Positions 13,316 through 26,386 are shown, counted from the first letter of the stretch. The stretch is DNA of 64,000 nt from Octopus vulgaris (GCA_951406725.2 OX597827.1:10850001-10914000); one strand, 5' to 3'. Numbers and translations: made by a program. The notes: a model not told the origin generated them from the sequence alone.

Positions 13316-13646
13316 TGCATAAATGATCCTAATCATCTTAATCTATTTTCATTAGTCATAAATAATTTTCTTATGCTAGATATAAATAAGAAATTGTATA
13401 AAAGATTAGTCCTCAATTCAGAATGCTTGACCTCACAAAGAACATAACATCATCGTGTTTGAAATCCACTTTTAACACCAATTAAAGTTAAAGTTTAGAT
13501 ACATAGCATTTATATTGCTCCTGTGTTTTTGTGTGTGTGGATTAGATTGTATCATCTAGTCTGAAAAAATAACTTCAGGACCTGAAGTATTTCAAAACCA
13601 CTTCATGAAATTTATTACTGAGAAACACCTGATTGAAGAGTTCAGA

Positions 13647-14922
13647 TACTGAGTCGGAAAGGAAGTCTTGCTGCATTTTTGATTTGATCACTTGCAGGGT
13701 GCTTTTTCAGTATTTTTGGTAAAATAAGCATTAATTTTTACATTCTAATGCCTTTTTTTTTCTTTGCAGATTATGTTATATTATTATGGATAAATTCTTA
13801 TCAATTTTACCCTTTTAAAATTAGTTTATATTAGACTCATATCAGACACTGCAGGCTGTATTAATTCCAAAGATTCTCATTAGCAATGAAAGTGGCAAGA
13901 AATATTTGTTCTGTCTATGGAAAGGAAGCTGTAAGTGTCCAGACATGCCAATGATGGTTTGGCCGGTTTTGCTTGGGAAATTTTTCATTTGCAGATTCTC
14001 CTCATCCTGAAAGACCAAGTTCTGTCACTAGTGAGCTTCAGACAACTATAACTGAGAGAAATCCAAAGCCCACTTCATGGGAATTCACAAAATAGTTAAA
14101 TTCAAGTTACAATTCAATCATAAAAAATTTTCATAAACTAAGAAAAGTACATAAATTTGGTCAGTAAGGCCTTCATCATTTGACTGCTTCATAGCTTCAT
14201 CAAAGAGTTGCTCTCTGTTCATTTTTGAAGAGTAGACTTGCTACTGAACCTTTACTGTGAAGAATCATTACAAATTATGAAAAAGTGGGTTCCCTATAAT
14301 CATATCTAAAGAAAATAACAATGGTTAGCACCCAATAGCAAAGGAGAACCCCTCTCCAAGCCAGGACTACATCTGAAAATGGTCATGCTCTGTGTTTGGT
14401 AAGATATGAAGGGTGACCTTTATCATGAAGTGTTAAGCCGAAATAGGAAAGTTAATGTGGAGAATTAATGTCATCAATGGAAGCATTGTATTAAAATTTG
14501 CAGAGGGAGCTCCCAGTATTGATCTATTGTAAAGGGGTGTTACTCTTAAATGATAATTCAAGACCGCGTATTACCCATGTCACTTAGAAAAAGTTTGCAG
14601 CATTAAGTAGTGAAGTTTTGCTTTATTCTCTTTACTCTCCTGACTTTGCTTATCTAATTATCATCTTTTCAGATTATCACAATATTATTTTGAGGAGAAA
14701 TAGTTTATTAATTGGAGAAAGATTAAAAATAATATGGAGTGTTTCTTTGCTGCAAAACCTACCAAAATTTTTGCCTGAAAGTTCAACAATTTACCAAATA
14801 GATGAGATTATGTAATTAATAATCGGGGAAAATATTATCTTGATTAAATATGTTTAAGACCAAAGAAGCATTTGTTTCTTTCCCATCTTGAAATGTAGCA
14901 GGACTTTCTTTTCAACATTATA
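13647..14922 (+). mobile_element. Full-length degenerate mariner (Tc1/mariner) transposon
   Basis: About 1.28 kb flanked by TA. Imperfect TIRs: GTCGGAAAGGAAGTCTTGCTGCATTT versus rc GTTGAAAAGAAAGTCCTGCTACATTT. Decayed transposase motifs: ARNICSVYGKEAVSVQTCQ*WFGRF, RIITNYEK, LHLKMVMLCVW*D, LNDNSRP, YSPDFA. Confidence 0.88.
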
Positions 14923-15307
14923 CAAAACAATAAAAGCTGATTTTAGTAAATTCAAAAGGAACTTATTAAGACTGTTGGGTGACAACAAGTGTTGAAATTA
15001 TGGTCTCTTTTAGAATCTGTCTGAAGGGTTTGATACCTGGAAAGAGAAACTGGGGATATGCTAACAGTTGGGAGGTTAAACCAGATTCGAAAGTGGTCTC
15101 AGTAATCAATCGTGGACAGTGCTCAATACTTTGGCAGTGAGCAGAAATAGGTGGAGGAGGAAATATGCTTGTAACAATCAGAAATGACAATTCACAGAAA
15201 AAAGAAGAAAGAACACAAAACATGGAGAATTGCTATGTTTCATCATAGCAATTCTCTTGCAACACATAACAGCATGTAAAAGTGGACATGAAAATAATGT
15301 GGACAGA

Positions 15308-15362
15308 GATGATGATGATAATGATGATGATGATGATGATAATGATGATGATGATGATGATA

Positions 15363-15393
<31 letters not shown>

Positions 15394-15830
15394 GGATGAT
15401 GATGAGGATGACGATGATGGCAACGACGATGATGATGACAATGATGATGATAATGATGATGTTGATATTGATAATGATGATGATGATGATGTTAATGGTA
15501 TTGATAATGATGATGATAATGATGATGATGATGAGGAGGTAGAGGATGATGATGACAATGATGGCAACGACGATGATGATGACAATGATGATGATAATGA
15601 TGATGTTGATGATATTGATAATGATGATGATGATGATGATTATGATGATGATGACGACGACGATGACAATGACCATGATGATGATGATGATGATGATTGC
15701 AATGATGATGACGACGACGACGACAATGACCATGATGATGATGATGATGATGATTGCGATGATGATGATGATTGCGATGATGACGACGACGACGACGACG
15801 ACAATGACCATGATGAGGATGATGATGATA
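15308..15830. repeat. Imperfect (GAT/GAC/AAT)n microsatellite starting ~30 nt into the intron after the large exon
   Basis: Direct inspection. Confidence 0.95.
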
Positions 15831-15860
15831 AGTTTGTGAAAATGGAAGCATTGGACTCAC

Positions 15861-18242
15861 CTGTTTGACAGTTGGTAATTTTTTGGCCTTTTTATTTTTT
15901 AGTATATCTCTAGAAAACAGCTGACTTTTTGAGCCAACGAGCTGTATATTTCTACTTCTCATTTCCTTCGGATTCCTTGTCACAATAACTGGATTATCAA
16001 TCTGAGACATTAGATGCCGCATTTCGTTCCGAGATTGATTGGAAAGGTTCTCTACTGCTCTGTAAGAAGCATTCCTCATATTATTGCATCTGACAATGCA
16101 TAGCGTTAGAGAAACAACTACTGCAATTGACACCACCACTGCGATGGATGTAATGGCTATTACTAAATTAAGATGTATTTTATTATCTGACTGCAATTCA
16201 AGATTCGTTAACATTCCAGTAGTTTCATTACTGACGGTTAATGTCAGCGTCATGGTGGTCGTAGCTGATAAAACTGGAATGCCACTGTCTTTTACAAGAA
16301 ATTGAAGTTCATATGTCCCTATATCATTTTGATAAACTTTACGAGAGAAAGATAATACACCCGAGTGTAGGTTAATTGCAAACAAGTGTTTATTGTTACC
16401 TTTAATTATTTCATACGTAAGAAAGGCGTTGACATGACCGTCTCTGTCAGAGGCTCTAATTGTAGTGATATCACTTTTACTCTGTGGGTGATAGTGTACA
16501 TCTAAGTTAAAGGGATCAACATTTGGAAAGATAAAATATGGGGCGTTATCGTTTTCATCCATGACTTCGACAATGACGTTTGCTGTATTATTCAATGACG
16601 GTTTCCCATTGTCTTTGACGAAAACTTGAAATTCATATATTTCTTCTACTTCCCTGTCTAATGTTCTTGTTGTTAGAATTAATCCTTCATTTGTAATTTT
16701 AAACGGAAGCACTTTATTATTTTTATATAGCAGAGAATATGTAAGTTGACCCCCAAGCCCTAAATCAGGGTCAGTAGCATTAATAAACCCTACAGGAAAG
16801 TTTGCCTCCTCATTTTCATATGTCAAAAATTTGAATACATCTTTTGTAAACTGTGGCTGGACATCGTTGACGTCCATTACTTGGATAGAAAATTTACTTT
16901 CTGTTGTTAATGGTGGAGACCCATTATCTCTACATGATATTGTTATATTATGAAGGTCTTCAACTTCTCTGTCTACTGAAGTTTTGAGAATTACTTTATA
17001 TTCCTTTGAACCTAAACTTAAAAGTTGGAATTTACTGTGTTTTAGCTCACAGCTCACCTCACCCTTCTTACCACTATCATTGTCGGTGACTTTTATATAA
17101 GCAATAAAACTTCCAACTTTGGTACCTTCCGATACCGTAACAGTGTTTTCCGCTAAAGCTGATACAAAATTGACATCTATACTTGGAGCATTGTTTTGTT
17201 GGTTGATCACATATACGAGAACCAATGCAATAGAACTTAAAGGTGGACTTCCTCCATCTGCAGCTTCTACAAATAATTTATAAAATAATTTTTGTTCTGA
17301 TGTTATATTTCTCCGGCGGAAAATTTCCCCACTGGTTTCCTTCAATTCAAAATGTGCCTTCCCGATATCGGATGTTTTTGAACTGAAATGGTATGAGACC
17401 TGACTGTTTTTTCCCACGTCAGAATCAGTTGCACTCACAACAGCAACTGGAATATTTGATGGGTGATCTCTCTTGATAGAAACATTGTAAATATCCCGAG
17501 AAAACACAGGTGAATTATCATTTACATCAAGTACAAATATTTGAACATTTAAAATACTTTGTTTGGGTGGGGATCCTCCATCTTTTGCAATGACCTGTAC
17601 ATGGTAAACGTCTTGTACTTCTCTATCTAACGTCTCTTCTAATATTATTCCAAGTTTTGATGTGCCGTCTAGTTTTTCTGATATTGATAATTCAAATGGT
17701 AAATTGGGTTCTCTTTTGAGTTGATATGTAATTTGAGAATTTAAAACCCCAACATCATCATCAATAGCATTTGGAATGGACTTTTTAGTCCCACTTCGGT
17801 CAGTTTCAGAAAATGTTAGGTTTATTTGCTTGCTATGAAAACGAGGTTGATGATCATTGATGTCCTTTATAATAACTTTAATTTTTAATATGTTCATGAA
17901 AATATCTGCTTTTTGTACGGCAACATCTACCATCCTGTAACATTCTGTGTTGTATATACAAAGCGATTCTGCATCGAATGTTTGTCCCGTGTAGAGTTTT
18001 CCACTCCTGGTTACATTGAATAGCTGCGATACAGCTGTCCCCTTCTTTGACAATTGACTAAAACTAATCAATCTACGATCTTGTAGAGTGATGCTATCAT
18101 GCAAGTGTATGTCAGCAGATATATCGCCCAGGAAGCTACCTGCCTCCTGACTTTCATCAACATGATAAATGAGGTCGACACACAGGCAGTAGTGAAAGCA
18201 GGTGAGCAATATACAAACTGGTGCCAGAATTGCCCCTCTCAT
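15861..18242 (-). CDS. Protocadherin, large coding exon: signal peptide, 6 cadherin (EC) repeats, TM helix and proximal cytoplasmic region (794 codons, phase-0 donor)
   Basis: Signal peptide MRGAILAPVCILLTCFHYCLC. EC1 has the C-X5-C motif (CIYNTEC). Repeated cadherin motifs: DINDHQP, LDRE, AKDGGSP, DVNDNSP, DVNDVQP, DENDNAP. TM segment LNLVIAITSIAVVVSIAVVVSLTLCIV. Donor CAG|GTGAGT at 15861/15860; acceptor TTTTCTTGTCATTTCAG| at 18288/18287. Confidence 0.96.
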
Positions 18243-18277
18243 AACTGATAGAGCCAGCTGTTGTAGGGTTCAAACAT
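18239..18277 (-). promoter_or_regulatory. 12-codon uORF (MFEPYNSWLYQL*) whose stop overlaps the main start codon (ATGA)
   Basis: ATG at 18277 lies inside the exon. Its TGA (18241-18239) overlaps the main ATG (18242-18240). Confidence 0.55.
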
Positions 18278-18640
18278 TGAGCGTTTTCTGAAATGACAAG
18301 AAAATTATTTTGTAATTATTGAATATAAATGAAAACTGTCTCTTAAACATGGAACGTCTTAATACAAAACATATTCAAATATTTGAGTCTATAAACATTT
18401 ACATTCATTTGTTGTACTCAAAAATATGCATGTACATGTGCATTAGTATGTGTATTTGTGTGTGCATATGTGTGTATGTGTGTGTGTGTGAGCATCAGAA
18501 TGTGCATGTATGTATGTATGTTTGTATGTATGTGTGTATATATACACATGATAAATGTATATATATACTGAATCAAACTGTTTTGATCCACACATATAAC
18601 TTACAATAACTCACTCATATATATATACATCATCATCATC

Positions 18641-18678
<38 letters not shown>

Positions 18679-18682
<4 letters not shown>

Positions 18683-18982
18683 AGCCGCAATGGCCCAGTG
18701 GTTAGGGTAGTGGACTCGCGGTTGTAGGATCGCAGTTTCGATTCCCAGACTGGGTGTTGTGAGTGTTTATTAAGCTAAAACACCTAAAAGCTCTATGAGG
18801 GTCCAGCAGGGGCTGGTGGCGATCCCTGCTGTACTCTTTCGCCACAACTTTCTCTCACTCTTTCTTCTGTTGGCCTGCTCGCTTAACTAGCGGGGTGGCA
18901 TCATTTGAAGGCTAAAACAATGCGAAGCGCATTGTGACCAGCGATGTATAGCAACATCTGATAGCCTGGTCTGTCATGGTGA
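18679..18982 (+). mobile_element. SINE family C, tail type 2
   Basis: Same head. After CTCTCACTCTTTCTTC the sequence switches to TGTTGGCCTGCTCGC...GACCAGCGATG. Confidence 0.8.
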
Positions 18983-19686
18983 TATATATATATATATATA
19001 ATGTCATTCATTTCCAATATTCCATGTGGAAATGTCATTTTGCTTGGAGACAAATGAGAGTTGGCAACAGGAAGATCATCCTGGTATAGGAAGTTTTGCC
19101 TGAATGAATTCCATCGAACCCATGCAGGCACAGAAAAGAGGATGTTAAAATAAGGATGATGATGATATATGCTAAACATGTCTCCATTTCCTCATTGAAG
19201 CCTTATTTTTATTTTTACCATATTGTTGAATTTGTTTTAATTACCCAAGATAGAATAGGTTTTTAGATTATGCTGTTCCTTGATAAAGCTAATAATAATG
19301 ATCAGATTTAATTTTTAAAGGAATATATTTTGTAAATAATTATAACTTAACAAGTGTGCCGAGCCATTATATGGCTGTTTTAAAGTTATAAAGTAAATAG
19401 ATACATACATACATACATATATGTGTGTGTGTTTGTGTGTTTATAACATGAGGTGAAGAAACTCATTTATCAGAGATAACCTATACAATTAGTAGAAAAA
19501 TAAATTAGTGGAGTGTAAATTTTTAAAGCAGTAAGGGAACTAACTTGAATAAGTTCAGTTGACAGAAAGTTACATACACACATATCTATATTAATATATA
19601 TATATACACACAAACACACATACAGACATATATGCCAGCATGAAGCATGAATGTTAAATGATGATGATAATGATTGTATATATATA

Positions 19687-20305
19687 CTAGCAGCATAGCC
19701 CGGCGTTGCCCGGGTATGTAAGAGCCCCTAGTAGGCAACGACTAATCCCAATCTAGTCCTTTCCCTCTAGGGAACGAAGGCGCATGTGTAGGTTGCAATG
19801 TCTTCTCTTCACTCGAATACTTCTGTGTATACGATGTTCCTAGCTCTCCCTTTGGGGGAAAACATGAAAACATCATTGCGCCTCCCAAGAGAGTTAAAAA
19901 GGTCGAGTTGCGTCCCCTAGACAGTCTGTGGTTTGTGTTTAATACACAAATCGGTTTGCTATGTGTGCCACATATGATTTAATTAACCGATTTTTTCCAG
20001 TAATAAAGTATCCTATTGGAATAAAAAGGGCCATATAGCTCCTTGGAGCAGACATGATGCTCGCTGTGAATTTAAAAAAAAAATTCCTGCCAATTTGTGA
20101 AAGATATTGTCGAAAATATGTCATCTTGAATTTGAAAGCGATTTCCCAAAATGGCATGATTTTATCGATTTTTTCTGATGGTAAGGTATTGCATGGAAGA
20201 CTAACGTCAGAATTAAGTTTCTTAGGGTAGCATTAAGCTTCACCATGAGTTTGGTGAAAATTGATTGCAAGTTGCGAAAACTACAACAGAAAATGTGTTG
20301 CATAT
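19687..20305 (-). mobile_element. Helitron-like element, 3' end intact, 5' boundary uncertain
   Basis: The minus strand reads CCCGGGCAACGCCGGG-CTATGCTG-CTAG|T. Confidence 0.6.
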
Positions 20306-20479
20306 AAAAAGCTTAGATTCTGAGTTCAAATTTCACCTAGGTTGACTTTGTCTTTTTATCCTTTCATGCTGGAAAAAATATGTCCAAGCCCAACACTGGG
20401 GTTAATATCATCAATTACCCTCTCCCACAAAGTTTCAGCCCTTTTGCCTATAATAGAAGGAACAATAAGTAAGGCTTAA

Positions 20480-20862
20480 ATTCAGAAGAGAATTAATGCA
20501 TTTGAGCTTTGGTGTTGGGGAAGACTTTTACGGATTCCATGGACAGCGAGGCTCACCAATGGAGAAGTTCAAGCAGATCAGGCCGAAAATGTCACTAGAC
20601 GCTAGGATCACCAAGTATAGATTGGCATATTTCGGTCATACTATGCGGAGAAAATCCCTGGAGAAGGACATCATGCTCGGAATGGTCAGTGGCAAGAGAG
20701 GAAGAGGCCAACCAAGAAGCTGCTGGCTTGACACCATCAAGAGTGATACCGGAATGGACATAGCCAATCTGAAAGAAGCGGCCCAGGATAGAACTGACTG
20801 GAGGACACTGATTCATCGAGTAACCGAGAGTCGACTTTGACTGAGCGGATAGATTGATAGAT
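20480..20862 (+). mobile_element. RTE/BovB-like LINE 3' fragment
   Basis: KRINAFELWCWGRLLRIPWTAR, then (frameshifted) LAYFGHTMRRKSLEKDIMLGMVSGKRGRGQPRSCWLD...WRTLIHRVTESR, then a short GATA-type tail. Confidence 0.85.
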
Positions 20863-21099
20863 ATATGTGTGTGTATATATGTGTCTGCATGTGTCTTTGT
20901 GAGAAAAAAGGTACAATATTTGTTGGCTTGATTTTTGCAAAAAAACAATGCTTACCTTACATGTCCACAACTATCCGAGTGAGAAGAATGAAAGCAGGTA
21001 AAAAAAAGGAAAAGACAAAAATTAATTAAATTAATAGGCTGTCATATTTGCAGAAATACAAGTGTTAAAGCATATAAACAAATAATAATAACACATAAC

Positions 21100-21868
21100 A
21101 TGAGTTCATGGCTGTTTCCTGCACCAGTTTTGCATAGAAGCCCCAGCCCATCCAAAGTACCTTGGATTGCAGAACGACCTACTGTGCTTACCTTGGATCG
21201 TAGGGTGACCTGCGGTACTTGAGGAGACCTACTGAGTCAAGTACATCAACATCAAAATAAATATCAAATGGAAATTGTAGTTGTGATACCTGTGCTAGTG
21301 GCACGTAAAAAGCACCATCCAAACGTGGCCGAGGCCAGCGCCACCTTGACTGGCTTCCGTGCTGGTGGCATGTAAAAAGCACCAACCGATCGTGGCCATT
21401 GCCAGCCTCCCCTGGCACCTGTGCCAGTGGCATGTAAAAAGCACCATTTGAATGTGGCCGATGCCAGTGCCACCATGACCGGCTTCCGTGCTGGTGGCAT
21501 GTAAAAAGCACCAACCGATCGTGGCCGTTTCCAGCCTCCCCTGGCACCTGTGCCAGTGGCATGTAAAAAGCACCATTCGAACGTAGCCGATGCCAGCGCC
21601 GCCTTGACTGGCTTTCATGCTGGTGGCATGTAAAAAGCACCAACCGATTGTGGCCATTGCCAGCCTCCCCTGGCACCTGTGCCAGAGGCATGTAAAAAGC
21701 ACCCACTACACTCACGGAGTGGTTGGCGTTAGGAAGGGCATCCAGCTGTAGAAACACTGCCAGATTCAGACTGCAGCCTGGTGCAACCTTCTGGCTTCTC
21801 AGACCCCTGTCGAACCGTCCAACCCATGCTAACATGGAAAACGGACGTTAAATGATGATGATGATGAA
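21100..21868 (+). mobile_element. Retroposon family D, longest copy (7 subrepeats in two alternating types)
   Basis: Subrepeat cores at about 21301, 21369, 21431, 21498, 21560, 21627 and 21689. The 5' boundary is approximate. Confidence 0.8.
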
Positions 21869-22054
21869 TTACACATTTCATCAGTGACTATTCTTTTAAA
21901 CAGAATCAACAGACATGGTAAAGTTTCAAGCTGAAAAAATGAAACAAGCCAAAGTTTACAAATTCACCATTCAAAAGAGTTACAGCATAAAGGGAGATAA
22001 CTGAGAAATACTTCAAAGTTAAAAGATTGTAATACTTCATGTAAAGTAAAGTAA

Positions 22055-22237
22055 ATATAACAAATAATCCAGAATCCTTGTCTGGTACCAGATCAATCCC
22101 AAAACCTAATGAGTTCATGCCTGTCACCAGGCCAAACTTCTCTGAAAGTTTCATACGAATCCATCCTGCGGTTCTTGAGATATCAAACACATCTGACAAA
22201 TGACACCTCCACCTTTACTAAGGCAGAGGTAATAATA
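22055..22237. mobile_element. Helentron/DINE-1-like non-autonomous fragment
   Basis: Terminal palindrome ACCTCCACCTT-TACT-AAGGCAGAGGT followed by AATAAT, and an internal AAGTTTCAT...AATCC...GAGATATC block. Confidence 0.4.
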
Positions 22238-22594
22238 ATGATAGTAATCTATCTAGGGTAAGTGAAATTTCTGAGATAATGATAGTAATAACCCTTGCTT
22301 TTATAGAGACAAGGCCTGTTTGTTATTTCTACATCCTTAAACAACCCTTATTCAGGGACCTTTTGAGTGGGATGGGTTACTTAACCAGAAGAAAATTCTA
22401 ACTGGGCCCCACCTGCAAGGTCATGTGCTGTTTATCTTGGTATGAGATCACTATCTCGCGTACATATGTGCCTGGTGTGCCCTTATCAGATGGGTAGTCA
22501 TGATGGGTATACTGGGCTTCGTATATTTTACCCCAATGTCACTTTGATGGCATGCACTGCTCTCTCATTCAATAATAATAATAATAATAATAAT

Positions 22595-23130
22595 CACGGG
22601 ATCACGTGACCGACCAGACCATAAGATGTTGCTACACATCGCTGGTCACAATGCGCTCACATTGTTTTAGCCTTCGAATGACGGCACCCCACTGGCTAAG
22701 TGAGTAGGCCAACAGAAGAAAGAGTGAGAGAAAGAGTGGTGAAGGAGTGGAAGCACTCCGTCGGTTACGACGACGAGGGTTCCGGTTGATCCAATCAACG
22801 GAACAGCCTGCTCGTGAAATTAACGTGTAAGTGGCTGAGCACTCCACAGACACGTGTACCCTTAACGTAGTTCTCGGGGATATTCAGCGTGACACAGAGA
22901 GTGACAAGGCCAGCCCTTTGAAATACAGGTACAACAGAAACAGGAAGTAAGAGTGAGAGAAAGTTGTGGTGAAAGAGTACAGCAGGGATCACCACCATCC
23001 CCTGCCAGAGCCTCGTGGAGCATTAGGTGTTTTCGCTCAATAAACACTCACAACGCCCGGTCTGGGAATCGAAACCGCGATCCTACGGCCGCGAGTCCGC
23101 TGCCCTAACCACTGGACCATTGCGCCTCCA
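22595..23130 (-). mobile_element. Family-C type-1 copy (22750-23130) fused to a type-2 tail (22595-22745), inserted in (AAT)n
   Basis: Direct matches to 6606-6990 and to the 3' part of 18679-18982. Confidence 0.85.
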
Positions 23131-23380
23131 CAATAATAATAATAATAATAATAATAATAACTGTTCCAATTGTATTTTGAAGTGGGGACACTTAAACTGT
23201 GTTGAAAACAGCAATTATTAAAGCTTTCATATCTTTCTTGATGCAGTTCCTATCGAAAATTACAATAAAAATGTCAACTAAGATGGTTCAGAAATATAAA
23301 TTGCTTTGATGCTCTGTCTGATCTATATCGGTATCTAAGTTTATTTATTATAAACTGTGTACATTGCAGTGTGTTCTTAT

Positions 23381-23407
23381 TGTGTGTGTGTGTGTGTGTG
23401 TGTGTGC

Positions 23408-23484
<77 letters not shown>

Positions 23485-23643
23485 TGCATGTATGAAGACT
23501 CATAGAAGCAGAAATGTGCACGTGTGTGTGTATGTGTGTGCGTGTGTGTGTGCTTGTGTGTCTTCATACATGCACGCGCATGTACACACACACATATGTA
23601 TGGACATAAACATAAACACATATACACATAAACACAACTATAT

Positions 23644-23678
<35 letters not shown>

Positions 23679-24080
23679 ATGTCTCTGTGTCTGTGTATGT
23701 CTCTGTGTCTGTGTATGTGTGTGTGTGTGTGCATGTCTGTGTGTGTGTGTGTGCATGTCTGTGTAAGTGTGTTAGTGTGTGTGTGTGTCTGTGTGTGTGC
23801 ATGTCTCTGTGTCTGTGTGTGTGCATGTCTCTGTGTCTGTGTATGTGTGTGTGAGTGTGTGTGCATGTCTCTGTGTCTGTGTATGTGTGTCTGTGTATGT
23901 GTATGTGTGTGTGTGTGTGTGAGTGTGTGTATGTCTCTGTGTCTGTGTATGTGTGTGTGTGTGTGCATGTGAGCTCTATGTTTGTGCATGTGTGTGTATG
24001 CGTGTTTGTGTGTCTACGTATGGTGGAGTGTTTGCCTAAGTAAATATATATATATATATATATGTGTGCGTGTGTGTGTA
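23381..24080. repeat. (TG)n and compound GCATGTCTCTGTGTCTGTGT repeats
   Basis: Direct inspection. Confidence 0.9.
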
Positions 24081-24544
24081 TGTAGAAGCATATGCATGCA
24101 TGTACTGCACATACATATTCATATTGCTGCACACGTGGTGCACACCACTCCCATGTGAAGTAATTAAATAGAAAGGGTTATTAGTCGAAGCCTCTCAGTG
24201 TCTGTCATTTACAGATCAGAATTTATGGAGAGTGGCAAATACAAAAACTAATATGATGGATAGTGACTGACTCGGTCAACAGATTCCATTCACAACAAAA
24301 ACCCTTGGTTAAACACAGTTGTTATGATTCTGTGATATTACAAATACATTTTAAGAGCATCTTTTCCAATGTGTGGCTTGGATATCACAGCTCTTAGTAG
24401 AAGACACTTCATCAGTATATATATATATTATACAAGGTATATATATATATATTATATAAGGTATATATATATATATATTATATAAGGTATATATATATAT
24501 ATAGAGAGAGAGAGACAGATATATAATCACCAAAAACCCTGGAA

Positions 24545-24590
<46 letters not shown>

Positions 24591-24690
24591 GGTGGTGGTG
24601 GTGGTGGTGGTGGTAGTAGTAGTAGTAGTGGTGGTGGTGGTTGTCTTGGTGGTGGTGGTGGTGGTAGTAGTAGTAGTAGTTGTAGTAGTT

Positions 24691-24726
<36 letters not shown>

Positions 24727-25010
24727 TGTGTGTATATGCATGTGTGTGTGTATGCATGTGTGTGTGTGTGTTTTCTTTTATTCTTTTGATTGTTTCAGTT
24801 ATTTGACTGTGGCCATGCTGGAGCACCACCTTGAAGGGTTTTTTAGTTGAACGAGCCGACCCCAAGACTTTTTACTTTTAAAGCCTAGCACTTATTCTAT
24901 CGATCCCTATTGCTGAACTGCTGCATTATGGGGATGTAAACACACCAACATTGGTTGTCAAGCAGTGATGGGGGGTGGGGACAAACACAAACAGAAAGAC
25001 ACACATACAC

Positions 25011-25048
<38 letters not shown>

Positions 25049-26116
25049 CTGATAGGCTTCTTCCAGTTTCTGTCTACAAAATCTAATCTCAAGGCTTTAG
25101 TTGGTCCAAGGCTAGCAGAAGACACTTGCTCAATCAAGGTACCATGCAGTGGGACTGAACCCGGGACTGTGTGGTTGGATATATAAATCAAATAAATAAA
25201 TGCGCCCTTTTAAAGCCTAGTCAGGCTCATGGGCCCATTTTCCCCGTATCAATGGCGTATGTGTTTCCCACCTGGATGAGACGCCAGTCCATCACAGGAT
25301 TACTCATTTTTGCCAGCTGAGTGGACTGAAGCAACATGAAAGGAAGTGTTTTGCTCAAGAACACAATGTATCGCCCGGTCCAGGAATCGAAACCACAATC
25401 TTACGATCATGATGCTGACACCCTAACCACTAAGCCACGTGCCTCCACAGTTGGATATATATATATGTGTGTGTGTGTGTGTGCATGCACGTGTTTACAT
25501 GTAGGCTTAACTAAAGTGCGAGTGTGACAGTGTGATAAAATGTTTGCTTCCTCTACCACATCGTTCCAGGTTCAATTCCACTGTGTGACACCTTAAACAA
25601 GTGTTTTCTAATATAGCCTGAGGCTGACCAAAGCTTTGTGAGTGGATTTTGACGACAGAAATTAAAAGAAGTTGGTTGTGTGGCATGGCTGTGCATGCAC
25701 AGGTGTGGCTGTCAGGTAAGAAGCTTGCTTCCTAACCCCACATGGTTGTGGGTTCAGTCCCACTGCATGGCACCTTGGGCAAGTGTCTTCTACTATACCT
25801 TTGGGCTGACCAAAGCCTTGTGGGTGGATTTGATAGACAGAAACTGAAAGAAGCCCATCATATATATGTGTATGATGTGCATGTGTGTGTGTGTATGCGT
25901 GTGCATATACATATGTATATATGCATATGTGTGTATATCTATGGGAGAAGGCGGTCTTGCAAGCAGTGTCATTTGTTCTCAGCCTTCTGTGAAAATATAT
26001 CTGAGTATGAGGAACTAGTACATTACTCAGAACCAAGTGAGTGTTGGTGAGGGGAAGGGCATCCAGCTGTAGAAAACCTGCTTATGTATATATATATATA
26101 TATATATATACATAGG

Positions 26117-26386
26117 CAGCGCCGCCTTGACTGGCTTCCATGCTGGTGGCATGTAAAAAGCACCATCCGATTGTGGCTGTTTGCCAGCCTCGTCTGGCAC
26201 CTGTGCAGGTGGCACGTAAAAAGCACCCACTACACTCACGGAGTGGTTGGCGTTAGTAAGGGCATCCAGCTGTAGAAACACTGCCAGATCAGTCTGGGCC
26301 TGGTGCAGCCTTCTGGCTTCCCAGACCCCAGTTGAACCGTCCAACCCATGCTAGCATGGAAAACGGACGTTAAACGATGATGATGA
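26117..26386 (+). mobile_element. Retroposon family D, truncated
   Basis: Two subrepeats plus the conserved 3' block. Confidence 0.8.

Noticed and set aside
15010-15036. Alternative terminal exon VSNPSDRF* after TTTCTCTTTCCAG
   Set aside because: In phase and plausible as a short isoform, but only 9 codons with competing AGs just upstream. It cannot be told from chance without RNA data.
15492-15860. His/Arg-rich C-terminal 122 aa of the 916-aa ORF
   Set aside because: Read-through past a consensus CAG|GTGAGT donor into an intronic (CAT)n microsatellite. It would be real only if the intron were retained.
21290-21705. CRISPR-like regularly spaced repeats in family D
   Set aside because: The spacers are themselves repeated, the context is eukaryotic, there are no cas genes, and the array is part of a dispersed retroposon.
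23055-23130. tRNA genes at SINE heads (also 3779, 6920-6990, 18679, 27302)
   Set aside because: A and B boxes are present, but there is no complete cloverleaf and each continues into a SINE body.
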